A stretch of DNA of 63,976 nucleotides, the filler included, from Dugesia japonica (Eukaryota): NCBI GenBank assembly GCA_001938525.1. It is 6 parts of 6 records of this genome, joined end to end, with 100 filler letters (N's around TTAATTAATTAA, not from the genome) between each part and the next. Parts side by side here need not be neighbours in the genome. Positions count along the whole stretch, not along the records: positions 42,444 to 55,501 come from MQRL01589347.1; positions 55,602 to 63,976 come from MQRL01619215.1; 4 more parts are not named here. The stretch is one strand, 5' to 3'. The position numbers were made by a program, and so were the translations under genes. Each line of letters begins with the position of its first letter. The first letter of the stretch is position 1. Of the stretch, positions 53,181 through 63,976 are shown piece after piece. Under the pieces are notes generated by a model. The model made no database searches, had not been told where the DNA came from, and saw only the letters and a program-made list of their open reading frames with translations.

Positions 53181-53854
53181 TTCAATCTTGTGGAACCTGC
53201 AGCAGCTTTCTGGATGAGGGTAAGTTTTTCCTTCTTAGCAGTTTTAATGCATCTTGTTGTTCTCTTTCCATATTTTCTTCTCCGGGTTCCTTCCGATTTC
53301 CTTGTGNNNNNNNNNNNNNNNNNNNNNNNNNNNNNNNNNNNNNNNNNNNNNNNNNNGAAGTTATTCGGGTAAAACGGATTTTGTCTTAATTATAATTAAT
53401 TTTTTTGTTTAATTAATTATTATTTTTTTCATATTCATTCCTTCTTTTGCTGTCTATTTTCTTTAATAATTTTATTAATTTTGTGATTATTATAATTAAT
53501 CGTATTTGATTTGGTCTTCTGAGTTTCCATCTAATATCATTGTCTGGATTTTTCTTCCGGTAATCTCTATTTTAATACTGGGTCATTCCTGGCCCCCTTC
53601 GACTTTGCTTCTCATTCCTCTGGGTGTTTCGCCCCAACACATTTATTGTTATAATTATTTTTATATTTTATCCATTTATTGACAATTGAATTTAGAGTTT
53701 GTTATGTTAGTAGAGTTATTAACTTTGTACATTGTGTTGCGTCAAAAATATCATTTGTTTGAATCAACTATTTGTAATAATAAAAAAACTTTTGAAATTC
53801 AAATCTTGTTGATTACCATATTGTTAAAATGCAAAATAATTGGGAACACAGAAT

Positions 53855-54820
53855 TGGTGTCAGAAGTGGGATATCAGAAAACAATCATGTTTCAATCAAC
53901 TTTCCAAATTATTTTGAAAATCCTTCAGTATGGTTTATGCAGTTCGAAGCCATTTTTTAGCTATCCAATATCACAAGGCCAAAAACAATGTTCCTTCACT
54001 TAATATAAAATTTGCCATCAAATGTTCTCGACGAATTTCAAGAATATCTGAACTTCAACTCTAAAATGGCATATGAAAATTTAAAAGAAGCCATAATTCA
54101 AACCAAAAGAAAATCCATGTCATACCACATGTAGCAAATCTTTGAGAAATNAAGGCACAACAGTGATCGACAACCATCAGAGATTCTGAGGCAAATGTCG
54201 AGGCATTTCAAACAGATCGATCCACAAACAGATATCAATAACAATCTATGCTCCATTGCGCATTCATCCAATCGCTTCCAAAACCAATCGCGCAGTATCT
54301 AATTTTAAAAGACTCTAAATCCAAAAAAGATCAGGGACTTATGGCAGAAAAAATTAATGAACGTCAAGGCTGATTTCGAGGTTCAACAAATTTCTCAATC
54401 CTCGAACAACCACACAGAAATCATATCAATGATGAATGATTTAAAGACTGAAATTTCAGCGATTCGAATCAAATCAAATGAAGCAGCCAAGACAGTAAGC
54501 TCAGATGATATATGTTATTTTCACAGACGATTTTGAATAAAGGCATGAAAATGCCAACATAAATGCAAATTTTCTTCAAAGAAAGATCAGGGATCTCAAT
54601 GATGCCGATAGCTGCGATCCCAAACCTCAAATCGGTAACACCGATATTCACAGTGTTTTTTAAAACTTCTAGTGAAAACTTCGCTTTTCTCAAAGACATA
54701 GGAGCAGACATCAGCGTTCTTCCATAAAAAATATTTAATGCCGATACAAAACCAGCTGTACCAAATTCAATTGCAGCAAACAACGTTCCGATCAGCTCTT
54801 TTGGAACAAGAAAATTGGCA
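53855..54820 (+). mobile_element. Ty3/Gypsy gag-protease fragment related to 28610, cut by a Polinton-like end
   Basis: 18-nt PBS TGGTGTCAGAAGTGGGAT (complementary to a tRNA-Leu 3' end), gag motifs, protease LKDIGADISVLP. Confidence 0.85.
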
Positions 54821-55501
54821 AGTAGGGGGATAGTAGCACCCGGTAACAATATTTTAAGCAGTTATCGAGGGGACCCACCGGGGGGGGGGCTCGGAAACAC
54901 ATTACGCTTGATCTGCGTTTTTATAACTATGATTTTTGTGATGGTTTTTTTCCAAGATTTTTGGGATCAAAAATTTTTTGATCGGATCAAATTTTTTTTG
55001 ATCGGATCAATTTTTTTAATCTTTATTTTTATCTTTTTTTTACCTTTTTTTTTTAGAGGGAATTTTTGTTTTAATTAATGGACTTTTTGTTTTAATAATT
55101 AACTTTTTTTTGTTTTAATTAATGGAAATGGTTTGTTTTAATTAATGAACTTTTTTTTTGTTTTAATTAATGAATTTTTTTTGTTGTAATTAAAGCTGGA
55201 ATTTTGTTGGTAATTAAAATTTTAATATTTTTTTTTTGACGGGAAATTCAAAAAAAAATCATTTTGGTGAGAAATACAAAAAAAATCTTTTTGCCGGGAA
55301 ATTCAAAAAAATATTTTTGGCGAATAATTTAATATTTTTTGAAAGGAAATCTAAAGTTTTTCATTTTAATCGGGGGAAATCCTTTTAATATAATTAAATT
55401 TAATTAAATTAATTGATTTATTTAATGAATTATGCATGGTATGGGCAGTCTCTATATTTATGCATGGTATGGGCAGTCTCTATATTTATGCATGGTATGG
55501 G
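54821..55501 (+). mobile_element. Polinton-like left terminus with subterminal tandem repeats
   Basis: AGTAGGGGGATAGTAGCACC start, then short tandem arrays (TTTTGATCGGATCAA; TTTTGTTTTAATTAATG; 28-bp TATGCATGGTATGGGCAGTCTCTATATT). Confidence 0.7.
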
Positions 55502-55999
55502 NNNNNNNNNNNNNNNNNNNNNNNNNNNNNNNNNNNNNNNNNNNNTTAATTAATTAANNNNNNNNNNNNNNNNNNNNNNNNNNNNNNNNNNNNNNNNNNN
55601 NTTTATCGTGGCGCATGGAATTTATGAGACATTGTACTGTAAGATTTGTATACTTATAAATAAATGATATCAATCATGGTATTTTTTAAACGCTTTTTTA
55701 ACTCCCTTAATTTATTTTAACTGATAATGTTACTTAATAATTTGATGCTATAACAATTTTAGTAAATACGCAAGATACGGAATAACAGATGGAAACATAA
55801 GAACATAACCGTATTAGTTTTATAGAAAATGATGGGGAGTGATTTTTAAAGTTACAAACTATATGTGTTAACGGATCACCTTTACAGCATTTATTAGAAC
55901 TTTTATATCAACTTAAATTGTCGAATTAAATGATAAATACCAATATTAACAAAAGAAAAATTTTTTATGATCAAGTTTATTAATGATAATGTAAGGAAA

Positions 56000-56972
56000 A
56001 CAAAATTTTACATCACATATAATTATCCGAAAGAAAATTTTTACTTGAATTCAATTTTTGTTGAGTAAAAGTATTGATTTCCGCAACGGGGTTTTTTGTT
56101 AACACTGCACCAGTCATGTTTTGATCCTGACCAACTGAAATTTCCTCGGCTTCTCAAATTTCTTAAAATTTATAACTGATTCAAAATTCTTAAACAACTT
56201 CGCAAATTACGCTATGAGTAAATCGGAGAACACTGATGGGTGATATTTACGCAGGTATAAGTGGCAAGATAATAGTTCCGAATATCCAAGTATGAAATGA
56301 GAGTTAAATGTAGTTTTTCTAACTTCGGTTGATAAATTACAATTAATGGTTTTTTCTGTTAAATTTGAAAATCCNNNNNNNNNNNNNNNNNNNNNNNNNN
56401 NNNNNNNNNNNNNNNNNNNNNNNNNNNNNNNNNNNNNNNNNNNNNNNNNNNNNNNNNNNNNNNNNNNNNNNNNNNNNNNNNNNNNNNNNNNNNNNNNNNN
56501 NNNNNNNTATTTTTAGAGAAACACCTGACATCGGTGTCTTTGTTTTATTTTTATTTTCTGGACGCTCATTGGCTAGATTTTTGAATCCTTACCATACCCC
56601 TCTGGAAGGTGGTACGTTTTTTCTTTTTTGGATTCTAATTGCACCGATTTGTTATCTGTGCAGTTTTTCTTGTTTGAACTTTCTCCGACGTTTGGGACCG
56701 GAGTTATCAGCAAAAAACATATTTTTAACTAATTTNNNNNNNNNNNNNNNGTTCGAAATTAATTAATTTTTCCATATTAATTAATTATTTTCTATAATAT
56801 TTTTTCTTGTTAATTCTTTTCATTTTTTAATTTTTTCTTAATTATTGATCATACGGGGCTTCTATTTTCCCCGCATCTTCTTTATTTTAACTTCATTCCT
56901 TTTCATGGTGCTTTTGTGCTTTATTTCTTTCCTTGTAAATTCCGATATTTTAGTGGGTGTTTCACCCAAACA
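56000..56972 (-). mobile_element. Third TG...CA family member, only one end visible
   Basis: Ends GGGTGTTTCACCCAAACA like 53639; shares GCAACGGG and CTCATTGG blocks with 52700-53060. The left boundary is approximate. Confidence 0.55.
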
Positions 56973-56974
56973 AT

Positions 56975-57011
<37 letters not shown>

Positions 57012-57133
57012 TATATATATTTAATATTAACAAATATTCCATCATTATTCCAAATGTGTTGACCGTTTGAGTATGAAAGAATATTATAGAATAAAATTAT
57101 TATTATTAAATTAAATTTCTAACATTTTTTTAG

Positions 57134-57523
57134 GATTTTCAAATAGAAGTAAGAACAGAACTGATAAAAATTTTCAAATTTTCATTATAAATATTCAGAC
57201 AAACATGGAAATTATAACCGTTAGCTTTTTTATTATTATTTTGAAATTTTTTTTCTATAAATTATTATTTTCATAATTTTATTTTAGTACCCAAAATCTA
57301 AAACGGCTGTTAAAGTTTTATCTTTTATACCACTTGTTGGTTTTGCGGTGGGTTCATTAAAATAAACTTTTCCAATAAATAAAAAAACATTTTAAATGTT
57401 ATTCAGGCAACAAATATTCTTTTGAAACGAATAGATTATGCTGATGAACATCATTCAAATAAAACGAGTTTAGTTTCATTGGAAAGCGAGATTCATGATA
57501 AAGACGACGAAAAAATAATAATT
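57134..57523 (+). CDS. Three internal exons of an unidentified host gene (57134-57219, 57288-57347, 57407-57523)
   Basis: GT-AG introns of 68 and 59 nt give a continuous frame FSNRSKNRTDKNFQIFIINIQTNMEIIT|YPKSKTAVKVLSFIPLVGFA|ATNILLKRIDYADEHHSNK... Confidence 0.6.
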
Positions 57524-57789
57524 GTAAAATATATATCCCCTTCTAAAAAAATTATTTATTTAATAAAAATAAAAGAATGCCATTTAATAAAATATTTATT
57601 TGTAATTAATTTCGAAGGAATAACCGTCATCATCAGGAAATTAATGATTATTAAAGCAAACTATTTATAAAGTTTAAATGACTTTATAATTTCAATTATG
57701 CAATCTCAATTANNCAATCTCAATTAATAGTAAATGAAATAATTTTAAGAGCGATGTTGAATCCATCAACTAAACATTAATGTTACGAT

Positions 57790-58375
57790 TATCAACAAAA
57801 TTTGATTAAAGAAAATAGAATCAATTGTTGATAAAAATTCTCGGCAAACGACTCGCGATTTGGCTATTGAAATGAACGTTGATCAAGCCACAATTGTTCG
57901 ACATTCATGAATCCCTCATATTATAAATAAATACTATTAGCACATCTTTGCTTTCCCGTCATCACTCTGCGCTGCAACGTCATCAAGCTTTCCTATCACT
58001 CATTATAACCGGTGATGAAAAATGGTGCATGTACGTTAATTTTAATCAAAAAAAAATAATGGTTGAATCAAGATCAGTAAGCAACCCCGAGGACAAAATC
58101 GGACCTTCTTCCCGAAAAACAATGGGTCCAAAAAGGAAATATTCATAATGAGTTGCTTAAGAGAAACCAGGCAATAACATTGAAATTTATTTCAAACAAA
58201 TGGTTTGCTTAGAAGCAGCAATTTGTGAAAACGACCTAAAGTCGACATAACATTGCCCGTCCACATACAGCTATATAGACAAAATCAGTCATTGACAAAC
58301 TCAATTGGGAGATTCTACCTAATCCTACATATTCACTGGACCTATCCCCAACAGATTTTCATCTGGTTCATATTC
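57790..58375 (+). mobile_element. Mariner transposase remnant
   Basis: RQTTRDLAIEMNVDQATIVRH, IITGDEKWCMY, NIARPHTA, PTYSLDLSPTDFHL. Confidence 0.85.
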
Positions 58376-58744
58376 ACTGTGAAACCTAACATCAACTAAC
58401 AACTCTGGCTGACATATGAACAAAGTGTTGCTCTATGTACAAAAAACTACCAGGTGAAATATTGCAGTTGCTACAAAAGAACGCGAATTTGCGCGAAAGA
58501 AACGTTAAGCTCAAACAAAGGGATCTCACTGAGTTGTGTTGAATGATGGCTGATATCATCAAAACGTATGTAGATCGAGAAAGTGTCCTCAACAATTTTC
58601 AGTATCTTTTATATAAATAAAATTTGATTTGTTTTAATACTCAGTTTTGTCTTTGAGTAACAGAAATAGATAAGGACATTAAATCCTAAAATTAATGTTT
58701 AGTTAACGTGTTCAACATCGCTCTTAAAATTATTTCATTCATTA

Positions 58745-59975
58745 CATTGCTCGGGGTCCAAATTTCTTCAGAGGTCGCATAAACATTTTATTATGCATCT
58801 CAACACGCTGATCACAAAAATGTATACTTTTAATAGTCCACCGTGTCTGGTTTTTAAGATAATCATGTTTTAAGGTTTTTTGGTATTTATGGCAATTTAA
58901 ATTAATCAATGTTAATTAAAAATCATATCATTTAAAAATTGTTTAAATAATCGCATATTTGAGGTATTTTAAATGAAATGGCAAATCGGTGATGCATTAA
59001 TGACCCAAACCATTTCTGTTATATCTGTGGGGAATATGTTTACAAAGATTACAGTATGAGTATTACACCAGTCATAAAGCATAGATTTAGAATAAGCTTA
59101 GCATAATATCTAGTGTCATCACGGACTGGTGGCTATTTATTGATGGCAGTACAACTAGTGTAAAAGTTGTTCTCCTACACAAGGAAAACGAATTTCCTGC
59201 CATTCCGATTGCATATTCCAGGAAGGCAGTCGAATTTTATGACATCATGAAATATCTTATGGATATATTGTATTACGCTGACGTTTGATGGAATAATAGC
59301 GGAGATCTTAAGTTAATTGACATCTTGACAGGATTACAAGGTGGTTACATTAAATACTGTTGCTTCTTTTGCTTATGGAATAGTAGGGCACCTGATCAGC
59401 ATTATATAATTAATGAATGATCAAGCCGTGTGAACCGCACATCTGGGTTAGCCAATATCAAGCATGAACCGCTTGTCGACGTAGAGAACATATTTTGCCT
59501 GTTCTTCATATTAAGTTAAGCCTTTTCAAGAACTTAATCAAAGCTTTAAAGCCTGAAAGCCATAGTCAAAAATTAAAGAATATATTTTGGTTGAACCACA
59601 AGTACGGAAATTAATGAGAAATAAGCATTTCAGATATGGCGTAAATCAAATTGAATTCCGAGCGTGGGAAGCAATGTTAGATACTATCAATAACTTTTTT
59701 GGTTAGTATTCTTGTTACCATATCTAAATAAAGCCATATCTATTTTTAACAGGTAAAAACCGTTCCCTGTAATACCAAAATACTGTGGCTAAATTAATGG
59801 ATACGTTAAAAGAAATTGGTGTTAATATGTCGCTAAAAATAGTGTTACCTCAGCTTTTTCCCTAAATATTTACGGAAAATTAGTGAAGAGAATGGTGAAA
59901 GATTTCACCAGACGATAAGTACCATCAAAAGGCGATACCAAAACCGTGCTGATGAGTGCCTGATGGCGGATTTTA
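58745..59975 (+). mobile_element. Chapaev3-type transposon, second copy, internally deleted
   Basis: TTA|CATTGCTCGGGGTCCAAATTT end; high nucleotide similarity to 10031-11420; adds C-terminal SEENGERFHQTI. Confidence 0.85.
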
Positions 59976-60871
59976 ATTATGTCATTTTATCTTTATAAAT
60001 AGTTGGTTTTAATAATCACTAATTGCCTGATGATGACGGTTTTTTAAATGGTGTTCTTTTATTATTATGGAAAAGTTGTCAAAGTTTTTAGATTTTTAAA
60101 TTTATTATTAATTGAATAAATTTAGGTAAAAGAATGCATTGGTAGAATTAAAACGCATTTCATAGATAAAATTAGTGAAATNGCTGATAAAATTAATACG
60201 AAAACGAAATGCATGAAATATTTGATGGATATTTTAAAACCTTGTACAAATATTGGTAATTAACTAAAATTGTTTGTTCTTTATTTATATTTATTTATTT
60301 TTGTTATGAAACTTTGTTCATATAATAAATATATCAAATATTTTTTTTTATTATTAGTGAAATTTAGATTAAGAATAGTTTCATGTGGAGCGAGTCTAGA
60401 TTGATTGATGTTACCTTTTTGTAAACGATTGCATTTTTGCATTAAAAGGAAAAAAGAACACAATTACGATTGACTTCCTGTATAACTTTTCCAGACTCCC
60501 GCAAGAATTAAAAAAAATATCCTCGCTTTTCGGGAGTAAGAAGTTGACCAATTTCAACACCATCTTTCTCTCGCTGTGTATAAATTTATTTTTAACTTTT
60601 TCACTGTTAACCTTACTGTCGATACGAAAACGACATTCTTTTATAGCCATTCTGAATATCCGTAATTATATTTGGCCAGAAGAAATAATCAGATACATAT
60701 TTTGTGGTTTTCTTTATTCCAACATGGCATAAATCTTTATGAACTTTGTTCTTCACAAAATTAGTTACGCATCTTTTCGGAAACACAATCTTTTACTTAT
60801 CATCCGACTTAATTAACAGCATATTAAAGTCTTCAATTAAAAACATTCAAATATTTAAAATACTGTGAGAT

Positions 60872-61035
60872 AGTAGATAGATAGTGGCGCACATAAACAC
60901 CCCCTCCCCCAAGGTCAAAGTGTTTATGTATACTTGATTCTGATTGGTGGAAAATTTTTACGCATCTTTTGGGAAACACAATTAACAATATCGTCTTCAA
61001 TTAAAAACATTCAAATAATTAAAATACTGGGAGAT
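60872..61035 (+). mobile_element. Polinton-like left terminus
   Basis: AGTAGATAGATAGTGGCGCACATAAACACCCCCTCCCCC. Confidence 0.65.
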
Positions 61036-61299
61036 TTTTACCGTTTCTGATAATTTAACAGTTTTTTCCATCAAATGAATTTTGATTTCCTTAAATAACT
61101 CATCTTTTTTAAATTCTTAAATTTAATTGTGTGAATCACTTTTGAAAACGATCATAACATTTAAATATTTTACCTTAGACGATTTAGATTTGGCATTTTC
61201 ACATTCAGTCTTGGCCTACCATCAGTATTGGAATGATGTTCTTCTTTCCTATAATTCAATACAAAATATATATATTAATAACTCGTTGATCCATGCCTA

Positions 61300-62850
61300 A
61301 AACGGCGGCGTAATTGGATTTTTCTAATTCTTTATAAACTCTAAAGCTTTGTGATCGGTTCTCGCGGCAAAACTTTTCCCATAAAGATAATGCAGAAAAT
61401 GTAGAAAAAATTCNTTCCTGGTTACGTAAAATCCCTTTTCATATGTTATAACGGCTTTCATACCGTTTTGGGATTGGCTCAGTACAGCACCAATTCCCAA
61501 ATAACTGGCATCAGTATCCAGAATTAATTGACATTCTGAATTAGGATACCCCAATACTCGAGAGTTACAACGGGCTTTATTGATTTGTCAGAAACTCGCC
61601 TCGTATTCATTTGTCTGAATTATCTCGTGCTTCTGACCTTTGGTAACAACGTGACTCAATTTGCAAAAAATTCTTTATAAATATTTTGTAATAATTTGCC
61701 ATTTCTTGAAAAGATCGCAACTGTTTTGTATATTTTGAAATTCCAGCATTAACAATTTTCTTGACTTTCTCCAAATTCGGCTTTAATCCAAATTTGGTTA
61801 TTGTTTGACCCAAAAATACGAGCTCCTCGTGACACAATTTACATTTGCCTGGATTTACTTTAAGACCAGATACTTGAATACAATCATTTTCCTTCTAATT
61901 TTTTTTGCAAAAATTAGAATACCATCGATATAAACTACAACGCCTTAAAATAGAATATCCAACAAAATTGTATACATTAAATTTTAAAACGTTGACGGAA
62001 CGGTTGATAGGCCGAATTTCATGTGATTATAACAATACTCGCCTTTCTTTGTAAAAAGCGGTTTTAATTTTATCCTTCTCTTTTAATTCGACTTGATAAT
62101 ACGCTTGTTCTCTATCTAGTGTTAAGAAGATTATACACTCACTGAGATGATTGAATAGCATTTGAGGATCTGACATAGGAAACNNNNNNNNNNNNNNNNN
62201 NNNNTTCAATAATCTGAAATTCTGACACATACGAATAGCTCCATTCTTTCTGTTAACATTCACAATAGGTGAGTTCTGCATTTTTTTATAATGCCGATTC
62301 TGACAAGTGTTTCAATTATCTTATCAATCTTACCTTCTAGATGCATCGGTTACCATGTTAACTGTTGTAAGATAAGATTTCCCGTTGTTTTAATAGGATG
62401 TTTAAATATATTTGTTTTAACCAAGTCAAAGGTATGCTCCATGAATATCGAGCGAAACTTGTTAACAATTGTTTCAATTCTTGGTTTGAAAACTTCCATA
62501 GTGAGTCTTAAATGATCATCGTCAGAAACATGACACATTAAATTATCTGACTCGATTAATCCAATCATATTTATTTGGATATTAAAATCTTTGAATATGT
62601 CCATTTCCTCAATGAACTCCGGGCTTATACTCTCAACAGTTATCAAATTGACAGTTTCGTTCATATTATGGTACGTAATTTTCACTTTTCCAATGCCTAA
62701 CAATTTAACGGCTTCCTTTAAAAATGCTCTACTCAATTTTATCTCTGAATTTTCCAATGGAAACGAACCAAAACTTTTTCAAGCGTTCCAATTCATTATT
62801 GAAATCGGTGCTCCTGTGTTCCATCTCAACATCTCTACCATTCACTTTAA
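61300..62850 (-). mobile_element. Ty3/Gypsy pol remnant (protease-RT-RNaseH)
   Basis: WNTGAPISI, SPIVNVNRKNGAIRMC, AYYQVEL...KTAF, FLGQTI, LDTDASYLGIGAVLSQ, RTDHKAL. Confidence 0.88.
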
Positions 62851-63976
62851 CTAGATTCCAAATTTATACAGAATGTTGGAGAAGTCTTGGAAAATTCTCA
62901 AAACATATGTAAAATAATGGGAAAATAAATCAATTATTTCCGAGATGTGTTGAAAAATTATTCAAAATTTCCAAGACTTCTCTTAAATTCTATATAATAT
63001 TCCGACACTTCTAAAATAATATAGGCATTTATCCTTCATTATCACCATCTGCCTGAATTTCTGCGTGCACCTTTGCTGACCTTATTTAAGCTGTTTTTAC
63101 CATATTTTTTTACCATCATGGAAGTTTATTCAAAGTTTCCAAGTGAAAATTAATAAAAATTTCACAGAAATNATGAATTGTTATACATTGATAGAATATT
63201 TCATACTCCTTTTAACTATGTTCAAGGATCTCCATTGCAATCATGAGTTTGTCTTTCTTTAGAATAACAAAAATTTGTTGCATATATTTGTTTGATTGAT
63301 ATAAACCATTGAGTCTTAACATTAGAATACTTAAAACTTGAATGTTATTTAGTCATATTTCAAAACATAAGTCTACTATAGATTTTAAATAATTTATATT
63401 TTAATTATTAATTAATTAAATTTTCATTTTAAATATATTTTATTTAAATTCATTGTTTGCAATAAATGTAATCTTTTCAAATTTCGAAATTTTTTTATTC
63501 ATATATACAAGTCAAATTTTTCAGGAATTGTTCAATATTACAAAGGAAAATGTGTCAATCTTATATCTAAACCAATAAAAATCATTAAATCCGATGCATT
63601 CATTAAACCCAATACAATCAATAAACCTAGTACATTCAATGCACCCGATAAATTCATTAAACCTATACATTCAATTCATTTACATATTTGACTTACATAT
63701 TGTAATCAATGCTTTCATTTATCTTAATCTAATCATTCAAGTTAATCAATGAAATGATTCTATGAAATATTATTGAATATATATTATGAAATTAAATCCA
63801 TTAGTGATGTTTGATCTTTCTATTTCAACGTTGTTATGAAGTCTTCGTAAACATATTTAATGTTAGGATATTTTGTCTTTACAAATTGCATTTTTCTATT
63901 TAAAAGACTATTCTATTCACTTAATTTTTTTATAATAATTTTGATTACTAGTTTCTAATTATGTAGGAATAAAATA

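Larger units (their letters stand above)
49380..53639 (-). mobile_element. 4.26-kb TG...CA element (solo-LTR-like) carrying a four-ORF cassette
   Basis: 8-bp inverted ends TGTTGGGG / CCCCAACA; 4-bp TSD CATT (49376-49379 and 53640-53643); no RT, integrase or transposase motifs. Confidence 0.8.

Noticed and set aside
54469-54849. 126-aa minus-strand ORF
   Set aside because: Antisense shadow of the Gypsy gag-protease that crosses an insertion junction.
10741-56766. Many ORF-track entries containing long X runs
   Set aside because: Open only because they span N gaps.

Overview
Very AT-rich draft assembly of an animal genome, with many N gaps and artificial TTAATTAATTAA scaffold spacers. Short (~47-70 nt) GT-AG introns and (TAA)n microsatellites are compatible with a planarian-like invertebrate, but the species cannot be established from this sequence. 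One clear host gene is present: purine nucleoside phosphorylase (minus strand, 4 visible exons, 3' part lost in a gap). There are also two clusters of exons from unidentified host genes. The rest is a nested graveyard of mobile DNA: Polinton/Maverick remnants (pPolB, packaging ATPase, a TBP-like gene, seven AGTAG-type termini, and a 3.2-kb non-autonomous copy with a 6-bp TSD inserted in the ATPase), five Ty3/Gypsy remnants, two Chapaev3, three Tc1/mariner, one MULE, one hAT and one Penelope fragment. The most unusual object is a 4.26-kb TGTTGGGG...CCCCAACA element with a 4-bp TSD (49380-53639). It has no transposase, but carries a CCAAT x4/TATA promoter and four intact orphan ORFs. Each ORF is built as a same-phase splice acceptor + ORF + its own AATAAA, which suggests a virus-like, alternatively spliced accessory-gene cassette inside an LTR-like unit.
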